From Mantamonas sphyraenae STR306 (taxonomy: Eukaryota; Protista; CRuMs): a DNA stretch of 64,000 nucleotides. The DNA is taken from positions 62,001 through 126,000 of the forward strand of contig JAPMXV010000075.1 of NCBI GenBank assembly GCA_026936335.1. Direction: 5' to 3'. A program made the position numbers and the translations under genes. Positions 58,001 to 64,000 of this stretch are shown here, in pieces. The notes beneath the pieces are model-generated. The model saw nothing but the letters and a program-made list of their open reading frames with translations, ran no database searches and was not told the DNA's origin. Position 1 is the first letter of the stretch. Each line of letters opens with the position of its first letter.

Positions 58001-60240
58001 CTTGGGCAGGGTCAGGCTCTTCTTGAAGTGGCGCTTGAACATGCCCTTGAAGCCGTCGCCCTTTGTGTAGCGCAGACCGACGGCGATGCCCGAGCTGACG
58101 GTACCGCCCACAGTGGCCTCGGCCTCCACGGTCACCTCCAGGTTGAAACCGGCAAAGATCTCAAAGCGGATGTTGATCCAGATGGGCACGGGGCCGGCCA
58201 TGAAACTGATGCGTGCGCCGTTGAACAAGGCGACCTTGGTGCTCTTGTTCATGCGCAGGCGGTAGTTGAGCTTGGCAAACAGGTCGATGAGGACCGACAC
58301 GTCGCCGGCAAGCTCCACGCGGAAGTACTGCAGACGGAACATCTTGAGGGCAAACTGAAAGGTAAACTTGGGCACAAACTTGACGTGTGCGTTGCGCAGG
58401 AGCACCTGCGCGTGCACACCCTTGGCCTCGTTGTCGTACTCGTAGAGCACCTTGTTGGTGACAGCCTTGCCCAGGGTGACACTCTTTTGCAGGTCGACCT
58501 TCATGGACCCGAGGGCCGTGATGGTCTCCTTGATGTGCTTGACCACAGACACGACTGCATTGAGCACACCCTTGAGGTCACCCCGCAGGAACGCGCCCAC
58601 GGCTTCCTTCATGGCCTTGAGAATGGGGCCTGCAAACTTTTTGATGGCCTTGAACATCTTGGCGGCAAACTTGGTGACGCCCTTGACGAGTTTCTTGCCA
58701 AACTTTTTCAGTCCCTTGGCGATGACCTTGCCCAGCTTGGCGAGCTTCTTGATGCGGATGCGGTCTGTGTTGACGTCCTCCACCTGCTGCTGCTGCTGTT
58801 CTTCCTGCTCCGAGTCAACGTCGTCAGACGAGGACGACGCGGGGTCGGCGTCGGCATCGGCATCGGCGTCCTGGGCATTGTACACGGCGTGGCGCACAGA
58901 GTCCTTCAGGACGGCCTCTGCACGGGTTGCAAAGAGCTCGCGTGCGGGCTCCTCCACATCCTTGTAGAGTTGCTTGGTCGCCTGGACCATGGCCGGGATG
59001 GTGCGCGAGGTGATGGCACTCTTGGGCACCGAGTTGGAGGCCAGCTTCCACAGGGTGGTGTGCAGCTTGCGCAGGCTGTCCTGCACATACTGTTCCTGCA
59101 GCTCCTTTGTGCGCGAGGCCACAAAGTCGTCGCGGATGGCCTGCAGGGTGTCGCGGTCGCGCACGCTGCTGGCCTTTGCAGACAGGTCGGTGATCTCGTT
59201 GGTGAAGGCATCCTGCACCTTGGAGGGCGAACCCTCGACGGTGGTGGACACCTCACCGTTCTTGATGACGTCGGTGAGGCCTGCGTTGTGGCAACGCAGC
59301 TGCACGTACTCGGTCTGGCCTGCGATGGGATTCACGGCTGTGACGCGGAAGATGCCGTTGGGCACGGAGAACAGAGTGTCCACCTCGATGGAGTACTTGT
59401 TCACGAGCCACTTGGGCACCTCAAACTCGCCTGTGAGGTGTGGACGGGGGACCACGTGTGTGAGCAGGGCGAGGGGAGGCAAGAGAGGGAAACAAGAGGC
59501 GAAAAAGGCAAACGAGGTCCAGAGCGGAAAAAAACAACCACCACGCAGCCTCTCACGGGCGTCGTACCTGGGATGTCGCCCTCGGGGAGGACCTTGCCAA
59601 TGTCGTGCATCCAAGCCTGGGTGCCCGGGATGGTCTGGTCGTCGAGGTCGTCGTCGTAGAGGTCGTCGTCGTCCTGCTGGCTGCCGAGGTTGTCGTCGTC
59701 GGAAACGTCGGCGGAGGAAACGTCGGCAGAGAAGCGGACCGAGTCGGAACCGTCGCGCTGGGCCTGGCGCATGGCCTGGTCAAACACACGCGGGGCCTTG
59801 CGTTCGAGGATGGCGAGCGGATCGTCGTCTCGGAGACGGTTGGTGGGACGGGAGACCATCTTGAGGTGCTGGTGGTGTTGGCGGTCGATCTGCACGTACT
59901 TGTCGTGGACCTCGACCTCACCGCGCACACGGGTGGTCACAGTAATGCCCTTGCCCAGGTGCATGGTGTGCACTTCAAAGGGCTCGGGTACGGCCTCGGT
60001 ATACTCGGCCGTAGGTTCGAGGGGGGCGCCGTCGCGCAATTCCGCATACTCGTGTCCGTTGTCCTCGAAAAACTGCTCCGAGGACACGGAGGGAGACACG
60101 GTTTCGTAGTCGAGCTGGTCGACCACGTCGGGCGCGAAATCGTCCACGGCCTCGTGGGCGTCGGCGGGCGCAGCGGCCACCATGGCGGCCGCGCACAGCA
60201 AGAGAAGAAGGAGAGCGGGCGTTTTGTAGCCCGGCATCAT
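52085..60240 (-). CDS. Giant secreted modular protein (2,672 aa) of unknown function
   Basis: Signal peptide MMPGYKTPALLLLLLCAAAMVAAA. One intron 59431-59567 joins DIP-G-EFEVPKW, confirmed by the internal repeat DIAGEFEVPKW. Strong codon bias. Confidence 0.9.
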
Positions 60241-60372
60241 CTCTGGTTTCGTTCTACTTCGCTCGTTTGTTGTCAATTGCTGATGGTACAGACAGTCGCA
60301 CGTGCGGGGAAACTAGAATTCAAAAGAGAAGTGGTGTAATGTGAAAACAATGGTCTTGGGACTTGTTGTTTT

Positions 60373-62421
60373 TCAATGCGAAAGCAAGCGCGTTTGCTGC
60401 GACGGCACTTCAGCGGAGGCGGAGGCGGCGGGGAGAAGGGGAGAACGTGCGTCGACAATGTCATTGAGTTGGTAAAGGTGTACGGACTCGCAGTGTGGGT
60501 TGGGCTGGTGTTGCTGGAGGCGTGTGCAGCTCTGTCGGACCTGGGATTGGATGAAGCGCAGGCAATCGGCCTGGTTGCAACGTGTGGTCATGGTGAGGAT
60601 GGGAGAGTGGTCTGGAAGAGGCAGGGTGGCAAAGGAGAGGCGTACGCCCGACCAGCCTGCAGGTTGGGGCAGATGGAGAAAGGGACCTCGGTAGAGGTTG
60701 GCCAGCCAGTAGGGAAGGTAGCGTGCAGAGGCAAACGAGGAGGGAAGAAGGTGGCCATGGATGTGCATGTGTGTGCGTGAGACGAGAGCGAGGCTGCGAT
60801 GGAAGCGGGGGGCGTGGCTGAGGGAAAGGCCAGCGGTGAGGTTGAGGGCAGGCATGACTGCGCCGATGCCACGTGTGCGCAGGAGGGGTTTGAGCATGAG
60901 AGAGGCCCAGTCGAGGGTGAGCCAGCGTGTGTGTTCGGTGCACATGAGGAGAAAGGCCTGGTTGTCGTCGTACGCGGCGTCGGCCAGCTTGTTCCACTGG
61001 AAGCCCGGCAGATGAGCCGAGTTGTCCGGGAGGTCCACAAAGCGCACCTTCCACGTACGTGTTCCATGGCCAGCGCGTGCGCTGAGGTCACGCAAGAGAC
61101 CAGCGAGTTGTTCGCGCACGGTGTGCACGCTGTAGACGGGATGGGAGGAGACAAACCCGACGTAGAGGCTGATCTGGATCTGTTTTGTGTCCATGTCGAG
61201 GGTGTGTGCCATGGAGGAGGCGAGGTGGCGGATGAGGGGCGTGTGGCGCGGGTCGTTGACGTGCGCAGCCGCCTGTGTGGCAGACAAGGCGTTTGCAGGG
61301 TCTGTGAGGACGAGGAGTGCGAGGGTGTGCAGGTTTGGGGCAGCAGTGTCTGGAGCGAGGGAGTCGCCCATGTGTGCGGCGTGGCCGTTTCGGAGGAGGA
61401 TGTGTCGGGCGTAGTCTGTACGAGAGTGAAGATTGGTGGAAGAGACGACGCCCTGGAGCATGATGTTTGGATGTTGCTGGATGTCTGTGAGGGCAAGGTG
61501 GCCTGCGTGGAGGAGAGTGGACGGCGTGCAGGGAAGCGGAGGAGGGGTGTCGCTGGTGGCCAGCCAGGAGGCGTTGCGGATGCGATGAAGGGCGTCGGTT
61601 GGGAAGGAGGTGAGAGTGGGACGTGCGCGGTGTGGAGCAATGTTGGAGGAGGAGGAGGAGGAAGGAGAGAGTGGGAGCGTTGGGGGGTGGTGTGGCCAGG
61701 GACCGTACCAGGAGCGTGCTGATGTGGGAAAGGCACAGCGGAGGAGCGGGATGAGAAAGGCGTCGTAGGTTGCAGAGCGGTGGAGGTAGCCGTGGAGCAT
61801 GGGGCTGGCAAAGGGAAGCTGTGTGCGCTGGGAGAGCTCGGGCGGGTAGTCTGTGGACAAGAGAGCACCCGTGTTGAGGAGGGTGTGGAGGAGAGCGTCG
61901 ACGCGGCCATGGAGGACGAGGTCGTGGGATATGTACAGGACGCGCGGGTGGGTGTTGCTTGCGTGGTGGAGGGCGACGGCGGCGAGGAGAGGGGCCGGGA
62001 TTTCGGAGAGGGAGGCGCGAGCGGAGGCGTAAAAGTCGGGAGGCATGTTGGGGAAGATGTCTGCGAGGAGCGGGTGGACGGGGATGTCTCGGAGGGCAAT
62101 AAACTCTGTGTGGGCCCAGGACTTGATTTCGGAGCGGTGGCGGGCGTGGAGATCGGAGGCGTAGATGGAGAGGGTCCAGGACGGGTGCCAGAAGTGAATG
62201 GAGCCGACGAGCTGTCGGGTGGCCTTGATGGTGGAGCGGGAAACGAGGAGGACGACGTTGAGGACCTCTGTTTCGCCCGAACGGGTGTCCAGGGCAAAGT
62301 GTTGACGCGTGTGGGGTTGGTTGCCCGAGGAGGCTTTGGAGATGGAGATAAAGATAAATAGGGAGCTGGAGAGGGAGAAGGTGAGGAGGGCGAGGAGGAC
62401 GTGGCTGCGACGTAGGCGCAT
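60373..62421 (-). CDS. Type II membrane protein with two GT-A-like glycosyltransferase modules
   Basis: TM anchor MRLRRSHVLLALLTFSLSSSLFIFISIS; LVGSIHFWHPSWTLSIYASDL; LYVGF..WNKLADAAYDD. Confidence 0.5.
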   Translation of the reverse strand: MRLRRSHVLLALLTFSLSSSLFIFISISKASSGNQPHTRQHFALDTRSGETEVLNVVLLVSRSTIKATRQLVGSIHFWHPSWTLSIYASDLHARHRSEIKSWAHTEFIALRDIPVHPLLADIFPNMPPDFYASARASLSEIPAPLLAAVALHHASNTHPRVLYISHDLVLHGRVDALLHTLLNTGALLSTDYPPELSQRTQLPFASPMLHGYLHRSATYDAFLIPLLRCAFPTSARSWYGPWPHHPPTLPLSPSSSSSSNIAPHRARPTLTSFPTDALHRIRNASWLATSDTPPPLPCTPSTLLHAGHLALTDIQQHPNIMLQGVVSSTNLHSRTDYARHILLRNGHAAHMGDSLAPDTAAPNLHTLALLVLTDPANALSATQAAAHVNDPRHTPLIRHLASSMAHTLDMDTKQIQISLYVGFVSSHPVYSVHTVREQLAGLLRDLSARAGHGTRTWKVRFVDLPDNSAHLPGFQWNKLADAAYDDNQAFLLMCTEHTRWLTLDWASLMLKPLLRTRGIGAVMPALNLTAGLSLSHAPRFHRSLALVSRTHMHIHGHLLPSSFASARYLPYWLANLYRGPFLHLPQPAGWSGVRLSFATLPLPDHSPILTMTTRCNQADCLRFIQSQVRQSCTRLQQHQPNPHCESVHLYQLNDIVDARSPLLPAASASAEVPSQQTRLLSH

Positions 62422-62492
62422 GGTGGATTGGGTTGGTTGCGCAGCGGTGTGTGTGAAGGCGGAGGCGGAGGCACCGATTTCCAGTTTCCACG

Positions 62493-64000
62493 ATGAGTGG
62501 GCAACCGACACTTTTCAGCTTTTTTGCACGTCCGAACCAGGTCAAGGCGGAGCGAGACGCGGCAATGGATGTGGAGAGGAGCAGTGCAGAGGCGACGCCT
62601 GTGGGCCGTACGGCGGTGGAGATGGAAGGGACGCCGTCAAGCAGCGCAGGGCCGATGCAAGCAGGTGGTTTGGGTGTGGGAGTGGGTGTGAGTGGAGGAG
62701 GGACGAAGCGCAAGCTGGAGATTGAAGGGGCAGAGGCAGACGTGGACAGTGTGGGACGCAAGGTGAGTTTTCCTGTTTTTTTTGGCGGGAAGGCGATCGG
62801 GAATCAGGAAAAGGCGGGTTTTGGCGGGAAACCGTGTCGGCTGACGCCTGGAGGTTCCAGGCACAGGGAGAGTCTGCAGCAGAGCACGCAGCACGCAAGG
62901 CAGCGAATACGGGGATGCAGGGGATGGATGGGATGGACGATGGAAGCAGTAGCAGTGATGAAGACGGCCTGGATGATGTGCCGCTTGCGAAGCGGGCACG
63001 TGTGGGGAAGAAGCGGTTGATTGAGGATGAGGAGGAGGATGACCAAGACGGGTTGGATGATGTGCCTCTTGCACAAAAGGTGGGAGAAGGGGCTATGGAG
63101 GTCGAGGTGCCTACGACGCCGTCGAGGAACCCGCTGGATGCGTTTTCGTTTGGATCGCCTGCAGTGAGTGAGAGCGCGGGAGGAGGGTCTGCGGTAAAGG
63201 TGCGCGCCCTTGCGGGCAGAGCGGGAGGCAAGGCATCGTCGTCGTCGTCGTCGTCGAGCGGCAGCAACACCAACCGGGAAGAGACGCGGTACGAGTGGCT
63301 GGTGGACGTGCGGGATGCCGAAGGGAGGCGACGAGGAGAGGCCGAGTATGACCCAAGGACGCTGTATATTCCGGATGAGGCGTACGCAGAGTTTAGCAAC
63401 TTTGAGAAGCAGTTTTGGGACATCAAGCGGAAGCTGTTTGACACGGTGCTGTTTTTCCAGAAGGGCAAGTTTTACGAGCTGTACGAGAACGACGCGGACA
63501 TCGGACACCGGTACCTGGACCTGAAGCTGACGGACCGTGTGAACATGCGCATGGTGGGCGTGCCGGAAAAGAGCCTGAACATCTGGATGAGCAAGATCAT
63601 GGGCCTCGGGTACAAGGTTGCGCGGGTGGATCAGCAAGGCAACGCGACGCAGGCAAAGATGGCAGGAGTGGCAAGTGGCAAGGTGTTGACACGCAAGCTG
63701 ACAGCCATTCTGACGCGCGGGACGGTGATGGACGAGGAGCTGCTGAACGACCCTGCGGCCAACTATCTGCTGGCGATCAAGGAGGTGCCGGAGCGCAGGC
63801 AGTATGCAGTGTGTTTTGTGGACGCGACGACGGCCGAGGTGAACCTGGGGGTGTTTGAGGACGACGAGCGGCGGACACAGCTGGAAACGCTGATTCTGCA
63901 GATCCGGCCGCAGGAGCTGCTGCTGGAGAAGGGCGTGGGACGGGTGAGTGTGGAGACACGACGTGTCATCAAGGCGCACCTTGTGGCGCCGTTGATCAAC
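62493..64000 (+). CDS. MSH6: DNA mismatch repair protein MSH6, 3' end outside window
   Basis: PIP box QPTLFSFF; YDPRTLYIP, FEKQFWDIK, FFQKGKFYELYENDA, MRMVGVPE, GYKVARVDQ. Confidence 0.96.

Noticed and set aside
52076-59659. 2,527-aa ORF on the + strand
   Set aside because: In-register antisense shadow of the codon-biased secreted gene; L/V/H/G-rich with no motifs.

Overview
Gene-dense, GC-rich DNA from a unicellular eukaryote: GT-AG introns rich in (CA)/(GT) microsatellites and very short intergenic spacers. The organism cannot be named from the window. Housekeeping genes include RIO2, an OSCA/TMEM63-like channel, an SH2 protein, MRPL45/Tim44-like, a Clu-domain protein, RPB5 (two copies), S28 peptidase (two copies), deoxyhypusine synthase, RhoGAP, an ankyrin-filamin-SH3 protein, an ENT transporter, argininosuccinate synthase and MSH6. 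The standout is an intronless ~1,883-aa ORF at 21915-27566 (-). Its C-terminus has an intact Fanzor1/TnpB-type RuvC-Zn-finger nuclease (GADPG / VNE..CxxC..CxxC..NRD). Its very long N-terminus carries motifs in the order of a FEN1/XPG-like PIN 5'-nuclease. It is followed by a ~200-nt candidate omegaRNA region that ends at the junction of a 3.8-kb inverted duplication. The partner arm of that duplication contains an 18/20 match to the inferred guide (32441-32460). Other notable items are patchily homogenised S28 paralogues, a glycosyltransferase cassette replacing part of one duplicated gene, and a 2,672-aa secreted modular polyprotein with cationic amphipathic segments. All family calls come from motif recognition by eye, not database searches.
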